Positions 42,874-53,837 of a stretch of DNA of 64,000 nt are shown here, in pieces; the first letter of the stretch is position 1; each line of letters begins with the position of its first letter. A program made the translations under genes and the position numbers. The stretch spans positions 434,001 to 498,000 of the forward strand of contig QPMI01000560.1 in the NCBI GenBank assembly GCA_004431415.1, read 5' to 3'. The notes under the pieces are model-generated. The model was given only the letters and a program-made list of their open reading frames with translations. It was not told the origin of the DNA and did not search any database. This DNA comes from Cyanophora paradoxa CCMP329. Lineage: Eukaryota > Plantae > Glaucophyta.

Positions 42874-45800
42874 ATGACCGTCCCCAACGCGACGCCGGGC
42901 TCGGGCACCCGGTGCGCGAGATCCGGACCGCCGCGCCCCAGCGGTCAGCGCGATCCCTCCGGTCGTCACTGACTTGTTCTCGGGGCAGGAACTGGGCGCT
43001 GGCCGGCAGCCTCATAGCGGACGCGGTGCGCCCGCAGCTCCGAGGCTCGGACTGCAGCGCTGACGCGGGTCCAGGCGGCCGGGCTGGCCGGCTGGGTGGA
43101 GCAGCGGCTGCTGCGGCTCGCCGAGGAGCGGGGAGGGAAGGAGGAGCTCGAGCGGGGCGACGCGGCGGAGGCGGAGGGGCGGGAGGCGTGGCCGGCGCAC
43201 CTGCGGCTCGGGGCGCGGCTGCTCGGGCGCGGCGGGGCGGAGGCGGCGCTGCTGCGGGGCTGGGCGGTGCCGGCGCTGGACGCGACGGTCACGCTGGCGC
43301 TGCTCGCGCGCTGCGGCGGCGAGCTCGGCCTGGCGGGCGGCGCGGCCGGCGAGGCGGCGGGGGCGCTCGCGGAGGGGCGGGCGATGTGGGGCCACTCGTG
43401 CCGGTGCCCGCGCTTCGACGCCGGCGGCTCGCACGAGCCTGCGGCCCTCCTCGCCGCCGCGCTCGCCCTGTACGGCGCCTGCGGCCTCGACGGCGAGCCG
43501 CTGCGCGCGCGCTTCGCGGCGGCGGCGGCGGCGGGGCGGGGCGGGGCGGGGGGCGGGGCGGGGGAGGCGTGGCGGGCGGCGAAGGAGGCGGCGTGGGGGA
43601 GCTGGAGCGGGGGCAGGGGTACCGGGGCGACTACGTGGACCCCGGGGAGCTCGCGCTGGGGCCTCCCTCTCGGCGGGGCCTTCGGGAGGTCTGGCGGGCC
43701 CACTGGCGCGGCCGCCCCGTCGCCGTCAAGGCCCGCCCCGCCCCTGGCCCCGGCCCCGGCCCCGCCGGTGGGCTGAGCTCGAGGGGGGCGGGGGCGGGGG
43801 ACAGGTGGTGCGGCTGCGGGAGGCGCGGGCCGTGCGCGCCTTCCTCAAAGAGGCCTCCCTCCTCCGGTGGCCCCCCGCCCCGCCCGCCCGCCCCCGCCGC
43901 CCTGAGGCGCGCGCCCCGCCCGCAGGTCCGTCGAGCACCCGAACGTCGTGCAGTGCCACGGGTACAGCGTCGGGCCGGGGCCCCCGCCGCTGCCCCCCGA
44001 GCGTGCGCCCCGCCCGCCGCCCTCCGCCGTGCCCGCCCGACGCGGCGGCAGGCTTCGGGTTCCTCGTGATGGACCACAGCCCCCACGGCGACCTCCGGGG
44101 TACCGCGCCCCCCCGCCCCCCCTGCCCCGTACCCCCCCGGGACCCTCCCCCGGCAGGGTACCTGGCGCGGAACCCGGGGCTGCGGGTGGCGGAGCGGGCG
44201 GGGCTGGCGCGGGACGTGGCGGCGGCGCTGGCGCACCTGCACTCGCGGCCCCGGCCCGTCATCCACTGCGACCTCAAGCCCTCCAACGCGCGCGCGAGCC
44301 TGTACCCCCGGGCCCCCCTCCCCGGCTCACTCTCCTTTGCAGGTGCTGGTGTCGGGGGAGGGGCGGGCGCAGGTGTGCGACTTCGGCCTCGCCAAGGCCC
44401 GCATCGCCTCCCTCTCCGGCGCCGCCCGCCCCGCCTCCTCCGCCTCCGCCTCGGGGCCCTCCCAGGGCTCCCTCTTCGGCACCCTCCACTACACCGGCCC
44501 GCCCTACCCCCCGTCTTCCCCCCCCCCCCTCCCCCCCGCTGACGGGGTACCCCCCGCAGCTCCGGAGGTGTTCGCGTTCGACTCCGGGCGGGAGGGGAGC
44601 CCGGCGGCGCTGCTGACCCCCGCCCTGGACATGTACTCCTTCTCCATGCTCCTCTACGAGATCTTCACTGGGACCGAGCCCTGGCGCGACCTCCTCCGCT
44701 TCGTCCCCGGTACGGTACCCCCCTCCATCGCAACCTCTCGGGTCGTACCCCCCACTGACCCTCGTGCCCCCGCAGACAGCGTGATCAGCTCGGTGCTGGC
44801 GGGGCGGCGGCCGGCGCTGCCGCCGGCCTCGGTCTCCTTCCCCCCCGCCGTCCGCGCGCTCCTTGTGCGCTGCTGGGACCAGCGGCCCTCCGCGCGCCCT
44901 TCCGCCGACGAGGCCCTCCGCATCCTCGTGCGCCTTCGCTTCGGTACCCCCGCCCCACCCCGTCCGCTTCGCCAACTGGGCACCGCAGGAGCAGGAGATG
45001 CGGCCGGCGCCCCCTCCCTCCGCCCCCCGCACCTACGTGGACCGCATCGGGCTCGCCCCGCCCGCCTCGCCGGCCGCCCCCTCCTTCGACGTCCCCTCCA
45101 CGCCCCCCCGCACCGCCCTGCCCCTCGCGACGGCCCCGCCCTCGTCCGCCTCGCCTGCCGCGCCGGCGCCGGCGCCGGCCCTCTGCGTCTCGTGCGGGGA
45201 GGGCCCCGGGGCGCCGGACGCGGAGGGGGCGCCGGCGCCGCCGCTGGTGGCGGTGACGTGCGGGTGCCGCTACTGCCGCGCCTGCCTCGCCCGCTGGATC
45301 CTCCAGTCCTGCCACGACATCTCCAACATGCCGGCGCGCCTTCTCAGAGTCTCCGACCCCCCTCCTGCCTTCCGCCCTGACGCCCCCCGCGCGCTCCCTG
45401 CAGCCGCGGTGCTGCAAGCGGGAGATCAGCGCGAAACTGGCGGCCTCTGTGCTGGCCAAGGAGGAGCACGCGCTCTTCGTGCGGCGCTACCAGGCGCACG
45501 TCCTCGAGGCCAACGCCAAGGAGAAGATGTAGTGCGCCCGGCCTCTCCTCTCCTCTAACCTTCTTCCCCTTCCTAAGCTTTCTTTCAGCTGCCCGGTGGC
45601 GACGTGCTCGGCCTTCGTCAACCTCGACTCGTACCTCTTCGCCCCGCCCAACACCCCCATGTCCTGCCCCATGTGCGTCTACTCGCCCCGGCACGCCCTC
45701 AGCTTTCTGATTAGTGCTCAGGTGCCGGGCGCTGCTGTGCTACACGTGCCGGACGCTCTTCCACGCGGGGCTCACCTGCGCCGAGTTCCAGGCGGCGGCG

Positions 45801-46127
45801 CAGCCCGACCCCGACGAGGTCCAGGCCCAGTCGCTGACCCTCAACCACGTCCGCTGCGCCCGCTGCGCCATGTTCATCGAGCTCGAGGGCGAGGCCGAGG
45901 CCTGCCGCCGCATCCGCTGCCCCCAGTGCGCCGCCGAGACCTGCGCCCAGTGCCGCAACGCCCGCGCCGCCTGCCTCTGCCTCGACCGCGGCGCCTCCGT
46001 GCAGAGCGCCTCCAGCGCGGGGCCCAGCAGCAGCGCCGCCAGCGCCGCCAGCAGCGCCGGCCCCGGCGCCGAGCGCCCGGCGCCCCTGCCCGAAGAACCC
46101 GATCGGGAGCCCGGGCCACCCCCGTGA
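42874..46127 (+). CDS. DUF4559/CXorf38-like HEPN domain + non-RD TKL protein kinase + RBR (RING1-IBR-RING2) E3 ligase fusion
   Basis: 14-exon model: RNWALAG..LAGWVE..DATVTLALL..RAMWGHS; GAFGEVW, VAVK, HCDLKPSN, DFG, APE, DMYSF, CWDQRPSARP; CVSC..CGCRYCRAC..CC; YCPVATC..CPMC..CYTC..H..C; CARC..ACRRIRCPQC..CAQC. A few 1-bp G-run deletions at ~43595-43690 are probably sequencing errors. Confidence 0.85.
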
Positions 46128-46204
46128 GCCCCGGCGCGGCGGCTCCGAGCTCCAGGAGCGAGCTCGAGCTCTGTTTCCGTCCTGTAAAACCTGTAAAGAC
46201 CTAC

Positions 46205-49200
46205 CTAGAGCAGTACACGTGGAGGAGCGCGGGGGCCGGGGCCGGGGCTAGCTAGGGCTGGGTGAGGGCGAGGGCGCGGAAGGAGGCGTGGGGCCCCTCG
46301 AAGGCGGCGAGGTAGGGGCGCGCCGCGGGGCTCGCCTCCAGCGGCGCCAGGAACACCTCCGCCCGCTGCGAGGCGGATCAGATCAAATCCCATCCCATTC
46401 CATCCCATCAGAGCGGGCCTGGGCGTGGGAGAGGCCGTCGCGGGCGACGGCGTCGAGGGCCTGCGCGCTGTCCACCAGCTCCACGTGCTGCCCCCGGCCC
46501 CTGGCTCTCAGGCGAGGAAAGTTGCCAACGAAAGTTCGGGGGGCACCTGGGTGAGGCGCTGGGCGAGGCCGGCCTCCGTGACCTCCCCCGCCGCCACCTT
46601 CCCCAGCACCTCCCCGGCCTCCGGCCACGCCCGCGCCCGCTTCCGCTGCGGCTGCGCCCCGCTCTCAGGCGGGCGGGCGGGGCGGGGCCTAGCCTAGCAT
46701 GGGCGTGCCTCGGAGTCGGCCATGGACTCGAGGACGCCGAAGAGGGCCCGCGACACGTCCGGGATGTACCGCGTCTGCCCCGCGTTGGGCGGGAGGCGCG
46801 GGGGGCGGGGAGGGGGGGCGCGGCGCACGAGGTTGCGCTTGCGCTCGGCGCGCTCCCGCTGCGCCGCCGCCCGCACGATCTTCGCCTTCAGCTGCGGGAC
46901 GGTTCAGATCGAGGATGCTGGGCGCGCCCAGGCTCGGCCCCCCTTGCCCCCGGACCTGGAGGCAGCAGTTCATGATGGCGCTCTTGACGGCGGCCTTGAT
47001 CTCGTCGATGTCGTCCCCGATGTACTCCTTCCCCGTCCCCTTGAACGGCACCTGCGCCCCCGCGGGGTCGGGTGATGGGCGGCGGAGAGCGCTAGGCCGG
47101 GGCACCTTCGTGGAGACGATGGAGACGAAGACGCCGATCTTGTCCTCCTTTGCCCGGATCTTGTACGCCGCCCAGCTGCCGCGCGAGCTTGAGCGGGCTG
47201 GAGCAGGGAGGGGGGAGGCGAGAGGGAGGGGCGCGCTTGACGCTCTTGTTGGCGGTGCGGGTGGCGACGTCGGCGCCCTGCTCGAAGAGCAGCGGGATGC
47301 GGTTCGCGAACCTGCGCCCCCGGCGTCAAGGGAGCAACGTCGGAGGAGAGGCGGGGCGGGGCAGGGAGGCGGGCCGAAAGACGGTGATGCCGGGCTTGAC
47401 GGCCTTGCCCCCCAGCGCCACCGCCGCCTCCACGATGAACGGGTGGCCCTCGTGCACCCGCGCCCTGCGGCGGGGAGGGTACCGGGTTAGATGTGGGGGC
47501 GGGGGTCCAGGGCTGGGGCAGGGGCAGGGGCGGACGGCTCCTCCCAGGTGGCGACCATGTCGGGCTTGAGCTGCTGCATGACGCCGAGGCGGAGGTTGTA
47601 CTCCCCCGCGGGGCTCAGGCAGTCCCCCGACACCTTGTCGAACGAGACCTGGTGGAAGAGCGAGTGCAGCCTGCGCCGCCGCGTCAGAGGCGCCGCGCCG
47701 GCGGCCCGAGAGCAGAGCCGGGCGCGCCGGACGAGCTGCTTGTCGGAGATGGAGCGGACGGGCATCCCCGGGCTAAAGTCCTCCCCCAGCTCCGCTGCGC
47801 GCCGCAGCAAAGCTCCAGGGCGCAGCGGGGCGGCGGCGGCGGGGCAGCGGCGGGGACCGATGAGGCGCTGGGCGAAGGCCTTGTTGATGGACGAGAACTC
47901 GTTCATCAGGAACTTCTCCAGCCCCTCGTGCCGCGTCTCCTGCGGGGGGAGGGTGTCGGCGGAGAGGGGGCGAGGAGGGGGCGCTGGCCCGCCCTCTGGC
48001 TCGCGGGCGCGCCTGGACGAGGTGCTTGATGGTGATGAGGTTGACGGCGGAGGGGTGCGGCTTGACCTCCTTCGCCGGCGGCGGCATCTGGTCCGTCCGC
48101 CGCGCGTACCGCATCCCGAACGACTTGCTGCGAACGAATGAAGGGCGGTGAGATGCAGATGGAGGGAAGGGACGGGGGGGCGCACTCCGGGGCGGCGGTG
48201 GAGGAGAACTTGAGCTCGAAGCGGGCGTAGGGCGTGATCACCGCCATCAGCCGCATGTACAGCAGGATGCGCGCCTGCGGAAAGATGAGGCGAGAGAGAG
48301 GAGAGGAGAAGAAGGGGGCGGGGAGGGAGGGGGCGGGCCTTGTAGGTGGTCCAGTTCCCCTCGACGACGATGGAGATCTCGGTGCCGCGCCACTTGTCCG
48401 AGTTGGGGAGCTTCTCGTGGGCCAGGATGTTCGGCTGGTTCCGCCGGATGTCGATGTCGAGCTTGCAGTACGAGACCGGCTCGCCCGCCTTGCGCACGCT
48501 CCGGATCTCGAACGGCAGGTTCGTGCTCATCTTCGACCACAGCAGCGCCTGCGCGCGCCCCGCGCGGCTCGCATCTCCGGGCCCGCGCGGGGGGCGGAGC
48601 CGCAGGGGGCCGCACCATCTTGGAGCCGAGGCCGAACTTGCCGCGCGTCTGCTTGAGGCCGTACCTGCCGCCGGGTCGGCGTGGCGCGGCGGGCCGCCGG
48701 CTGCGCGGGCTGCGCGGGGCGGGGCGGGCGCACTTGGTGCCGGAGAGGACGCGCCCGAGCATCTCGGGGATGTCGTGGTGCGCCATCCCGATCCCGTTGT
48801 CCTGCCCGCCCCCTCGGCCCCCGCCCGGGCCCCGCCCAGGGCCGCCGGCGCCGACGGGAGTCTCCCGCCACGCGCCCCGCCCCGCCGCGCGCACCTTGAC
48901 GGTGACGCGGTAGAAGGTGCGCTCCTTGGGCCCCTTGGGCCCCTTGCCCTCCCCGCCCTTCGCCGCCTCCGCCTCCGCCGCCGCCGCCAGGCCCCCCGCC
49001 CCGTCGGCCTCCCCCAGGGCCCCCTCCTCGGCCTTGCCCTTGGCCTTGCCCTTGCCGGCGGCGGCCTTCTTCTTGGGGCCCGCCTCTTGGAAGAGCTCGA
49101 GGTCGACGCGCTCGCGCTTCTCCAGCCCGATCAGCCGGTGGTAGTCCCCCAGCGACATCTCCTCGCTGCCGCCCCGCCCCCGCCCCCGCGTCAGCCCCGG

Positions 49201-49631
49201 CCCGGGGCGCCCGGCACGCGGGGCGCTTCGCCGCACATCTTGACGGAGATCTCGGGGAGCGTCGGGACCGCCTCCGCCGCGTCCAGGCCGTTCTCGATCA
49301 GCTCGCGCAGCGTCGTGTACAGCGACTTCCCCGGCTGCGCGGCGGGCGGCAGCGTCACGCACGCGCGAGGCGCGCCACCCGAGCGCCTCAGCTAGCGCCG
49401 CTCACGTTGTCGAAGCCGGCGATCTGCGCGGGCGTACGGGGGCGCGCTGGTCAGAGGCGCGGCCGGCGCAGGGCGTGCAGCAAGTTGCGCACGTTCTTGT
49501 TCTCTGCGAAGAACTCCGCGGGGCCTACGCGTTTGCGTTCAACTCAGGTCGTGCGTGGCGCTAGGCCTAGGGCGGGAAGCGAACGCACTCTTCGACTTGA
49601 GCGCCGACTTCGCTGCGGGGCTGCCCTTCAT
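46205..49631 (-). CDS. TOP6B: DNA topoisomerase VI subunit B
   Basis: KSPAEFFAENKN|IAGFDN|PGKSLYTTLRELIENGLDA, DNGIGM, GKFGLGSKM, MAVITPYA, LSPAGEYNLRLG, RFANRIPLLFE, VPFKGTGKEYIGDD. 3' end approximate. Confidence 0.95.
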
Positions 49632-49879
49632 GATGCTGTGCGTTCTTTGCGCGCTCGCCGCTCGCAGCCCTCGCGGCTTTCTCGAACTGGCGCGTTCAAC
49701 TTTGCCGCGCTAACTCGCAATTGGGCTGCCGCCGCTCCCACGCGCCAGCTCGTCTCCGTGCGCGTGTCGATTGATGGGAGGGCGCCCTGCACGCGAGAAT
49801 GGCCGGTCGCTGGTTCCCTTTTTTTTCAAGTCGGGTACGGCCTTAAAGAGCTGCTCCGCTTGTCTAGGCTTCGCACGCG

Positions 49880-50600
49880 ATGCGGGCTGCCACAGAACGG
49901 CATTGCTTTGCGCTACCACATAGCCTCACAGCCGCTTCACACCGCCGGCTGCAGTCTTGGAGTTCGATCGGGCTGGCGTGCCCGCTGCGCGCTCGGCAGC
50001 GCTGCGCACGGCCGCAAGCGCGCGCGATCGTGGCGGCGTTGGGTCCCGAACCGCAGCGGTCATCCGATCGGAGGGAGAGGAAGCTCGAATTCTCCGATCC
50101 GAGCGATGGACAGCGCTTCGAGGCTACGCGGCGGCGGCCGCTTGACGAGGATGTGGCTTTTCTCGATGCGGACTTGATCGTCAGGGGGGTCGGCTTCCAG
50201 GATCTTCTCGAGGAGGACGACGGCCCGTGGTCGTCGGCATCCGCATCACCGGAGCCAGAAGTGCCGGAGGAGCCAGACGATTCTGATCTGCCGGAGGCGG
50301 CCCGCTTCGACCGCTCCATCCCGTTGCTGAACCAGCGGAGGCGCTTGCTGCGGGCGATGCGCCGCGGCCATCCCGAAGAAGCGGAGGCGGCGATGCGGGA
50401 GTTCGAGGAAGAGCTCGATCGAGTGCGCGGCAGTACTGCGGCAGCGTACCTCACATCCTCGCCCCGTCTCACGTGCGCGACCGCAGGGGGAGGAGGAAGG
50501 GAAGCGGATCCTGACGTGGGCGCTCCTCCTCGGCTTCGGGGCGATGTTCGCGGGCAGGCTCCTCGGCTTCGACGCCCCGGACGTCCTGCCCCCTCCTTGA
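49880..50600 (+). CDS. Hypothetical protein, possibly plastid-targeted, with a C-terminal hydrophobic segment
   Basis: Acidic coding-like exon ..EAAMREFEEELDR|intron|GEEGKRILTWALLLGFGAMFAGRLLGF..*; start uncertain. Confidence 0.5.
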
Positions 50601-50954
50601 CGGAGACGAAGCTATCCGTGGCGGGTTTGAGCCCCCCTTTGAACTTCACAAGGACCCTCCCGCAGCGACGGTGCCGGCGCCGCCCCGCCCCTCCCGCCCC
50701 GTGCGACCCCGGCCCCTCACCCGCTCTCCTGCAGCCTGCATGGACGTCGACCGGCCGTGCTTCTTCTGCTCGCCTGCCCCCCTCGCGATCGCCGCCTCCT
50801 CGCGCCCCTGGCCTCCCTCGAGCCAGTGCCCCCCTCTTGCCGCATTCCACCGGAAGCGATCCCCCCGACCGATGTCAGAGCGGGCGGGCAGCGGCGAAGG
50901 TGGATCCTGTGGGTTGCTTTGGGACAAGAAAGGTACACCGCGCGGGGCCCGATC

Positions 50955-51629
50955 TCAGGCGTTGTACATGCGGATGAGCTGCTCGACGGGGCCCTCGCAA
51001 ATGGGGCAGCGGGCCAGCCCCGGCGCGCAGAAGCCGCACAGGCACGCGTGCCCTGCGCAGCGGAGCAGCGGTTAGGGAAGTGCGGGGAGTACAGCGAGGG
51101 CGGGGCGGGCGCACCGCAGGGGACGACCATGATGGAGGCGGCGGCGTACCCGCACGCCTTGCAGGCCGTCACCGGCGGCATGTAGCGCTGGCCCGCCGAG
51201 CCGGTCGACGCGAGGGGCGCCGCCGCCGAGCCGGCGCCGCCGCTGCCGACCGAGAGCGAGCGCATGAAGGCGAGGGCCTGCTGGCCCTGCTGCCCCGCCT
51301 GCGCCTGGCTCTGCGCCGCCGCCGCCGCCGCTGCTGCCGCCGCCGCTGCTGCCTGCGCCTGCGCCTGCGCCTGTGCCTGTGCCTGCTGATGCTGCTGCTG
51401 CTGCTGTAGCATGGCCGCGGCCGCGGCGGCGGCAGCGGCGGCGGCGCTCTGCTGGGCGTGGGAGGCGTGGTGGGGCGAGGCGCCCTGCTGGGCGGCCTGG
51501 CCGGCCTTGTCCGCGCTGGCGCCGAGGTAGAGCATGTCGAGCAGCGTTGCCACGCCCGGCACGCCCTGCGCCGCCCCGTAGCCGGCCGTCAGGTCCCGCA
51601 CCAGCGCCTCCAGCGAGCCCGCGCCGCCC

Positions 51630-51662
<33 letters not shown>

Positions 51663-53570
51663 GCCTGCTGCTCGCTCGCGCCGGCGCCGGCGGCGCGACG
51701 GGCGCCGCCGCCGTCGACCTCGCTGCCGGGCTCGTCCTCCTCGTCGGTGTAGCCCTCGTCCTCGGCCAGCCCGGAGGCGTCGCCGGGACGTGCTCGCGGT
51801 GCTGCCGCCGCGCGCTCCGCCGCCGCCGCGGCTTCGCCTCGCCCTCGCCCGCACGTCCTCGTAGTCGTCGTCCCCCGCCGCCGCCGCCGCCTCGGCCGGC
51901 GAGCCGCCCTCGAGCACCCGGACGCGCTCCCGGAGCGCGCGGACCTCCCGCCGCAGCGCCCGGTTCTCGTCGAGCAGCTCCCCGTTCTGCGCCCGCAGCA
52001 GCTCGAGCTCGCTGAGCTCCTCGCCGCCGCCTTCGCCGCCGCCGCCGTCGCCGCCGTCGCCGCTCGCCCCGTAGTCCTCGTCCGCCCCGGGCTCGTACTC
52101 CATCCCTCCCCCCGCCTCCTCCTCCGCCCAGTCCTCGGGGGTCGACCCCGGACCCGTCGCGGATTCCACCTCGCCCGCCGCCGCCGCCGCCGCTGCTGCC
52201 GCCGCGCTGCTGCCGGCCGCCGCCGGCGCGCCTGCCGCCGCCGCGCCCGCGCCGGACGCCGCACCGCTGCCGCTTGCCGGCGCTGCCGGCGCCTGCTGGG
52301 CCGCCCTGCTCTTGGCCACGACGCTCGAGTAGCTGACCCCCGCGGTGACGGGCACAGCGGGGGGCACGGGGGCCGGGGGGGGCGGCCTGCCCTCTGCGGC
52401 GGCAAAGCGGTGCGTGAGCTTGTGGCGAAAGGGGGAGGACAGGCGGCGGCGGACCGGGCGCGGGGGCGGGGAGCGGGTCGCCGCTCGTGGGGGAGAGGAC
52501 GCGGTCCTTCACGAAGTCGGCGAGGAGGCCGTTCACGTTGCCGATGGAGCCCGGCGAGCCCTTCATCAGCCGCGACTCCAGCCGCGTCAGCACCCGCATC
52601 GAGTCCGCCTCGCTCAGCGTCCTGCCGCCCGGCCCGGTTCGCCCCCGGCCGGGGTGCAACCGCGCCGGCCGCGCGGCACGCACCGCAGCGCCTCAACCGA
52701 TTGTGCGGTCAAGTACAAAACCTTCCCGTATGCTGGGTAGACCTTGCCCTCGAGCCTGTCGAGCTGCTGCTCGACTGACAGGCCGAGGCGTCCACGCACG
52801 ATCGTCTTCCCGTTCACGGTCTCTGCGAGCAGGCACGGGGCGAACGAAGCGCGTAAGGCGAAGAGCACGCTCCGAGCGCACGGGAGCCCAACTGTCACGC
52901 ACCGAAGAAGCTCCTGAAGAGTGCCTGCACGTTGTCGACTTCCGCAGCGTTAGGGTCGTCCAGCCGCCGGAACAGGGTCCGCAACGCGTGCACGGCCGCT
53001 CGTGCATCCGTAGCCCTGAGCGATCGCGCGATACGTCGCGAGTTAGCCGCCGGAGTGACGCGCGGGTCAGCCGCCAACGCACTTGATGGCAGCGATCCGC
53101 TCTGGATCGAGAACGAGCCGCGCGTGGAGATTGCGAAACTTGCGCCCCATTGCACCACGCAGCTCCGCAGCGAGCTCCGGGTGGAGCAGTCGGATCTCTG
53201 CATTCCCACTTAGGCACGCGAAGGGTGCTGGGCGTCTGGTCGCACCCTCGAAGTTCGTCAGCAGGCTCATGGCGAAGCGGTTCACGTCCCTGTTGGTGAT
53301 GGCACCATCCTCACCCGTTCCCCTCGCCGCTTCCACATAGCGTGCCAGCGCCTTCAGAAACGCATCGGTCTCCTCGGGCCGCAGCCCCGACTTCCGCGAT
53401 CTGCATCAAACCGATCGCAGCGTCATGCGTACATCCCGGTCTGACGATGCGTCCGGCACCCCCAGAATGGCTCACCGCAGCGCGTCCTCGGCGCGTTGGT
53501 CGAACGTAAAGTTACGCGGCACGCGAGAGGAGGCTTCTTTGAGCCTTCGCTCGACCACCCTCACGTCCAT
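50955..53570 (-). CDS. Protein with three helical repeats (hnRNP-Q acidic-domain-like), coiled coil, Q/A-rich tracts and a C-terminal C3HC4 RING
   Basis: C-terminus CKACG..IMVVPCG|HACLCGFCAPGLARCPICEGPVEQLIRMYNA*. Repeats FDQRAEDALR..NRFAMSLL, LDPERIAAIK..NVQALF, LTAQSVEALR..NVNGLL. Confidence 0.7.
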
Positions 53571-53837
53571 CGTGCCAGACGCGCTAGGCTGCGCGACGAC
53601 CGAAACTGCGTCGAGTAGCCGGCCTCGGGGGGTACGCCGTCCTAGGAGTTCGCGCGGTGGGTCGTTCGGACATGCGCATATGCATGCATATGCAAGCACC
53701 TCTCACGATATCGACTACGCTTAGACGGCAAGGGGGGCCAGCCCGGCCGCGGCAGAGGCATCAGGCGGGAGCAGCAGCAGATCGGACAAGCCTGAACTCA
53801 GGGACGCATCGAGGCGGGCAGTGCTCTAAGCCGAACG

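Noticed and set aside
46205-49631. TOP6B as part of the array system or cause of the triplet inversions
   Set aside because: It is a conserved plant-type single-copy gene. Topo VI leaves 2-nt overhangs, which does not match the 3-nt unit, and adjacency alone is no evidence.
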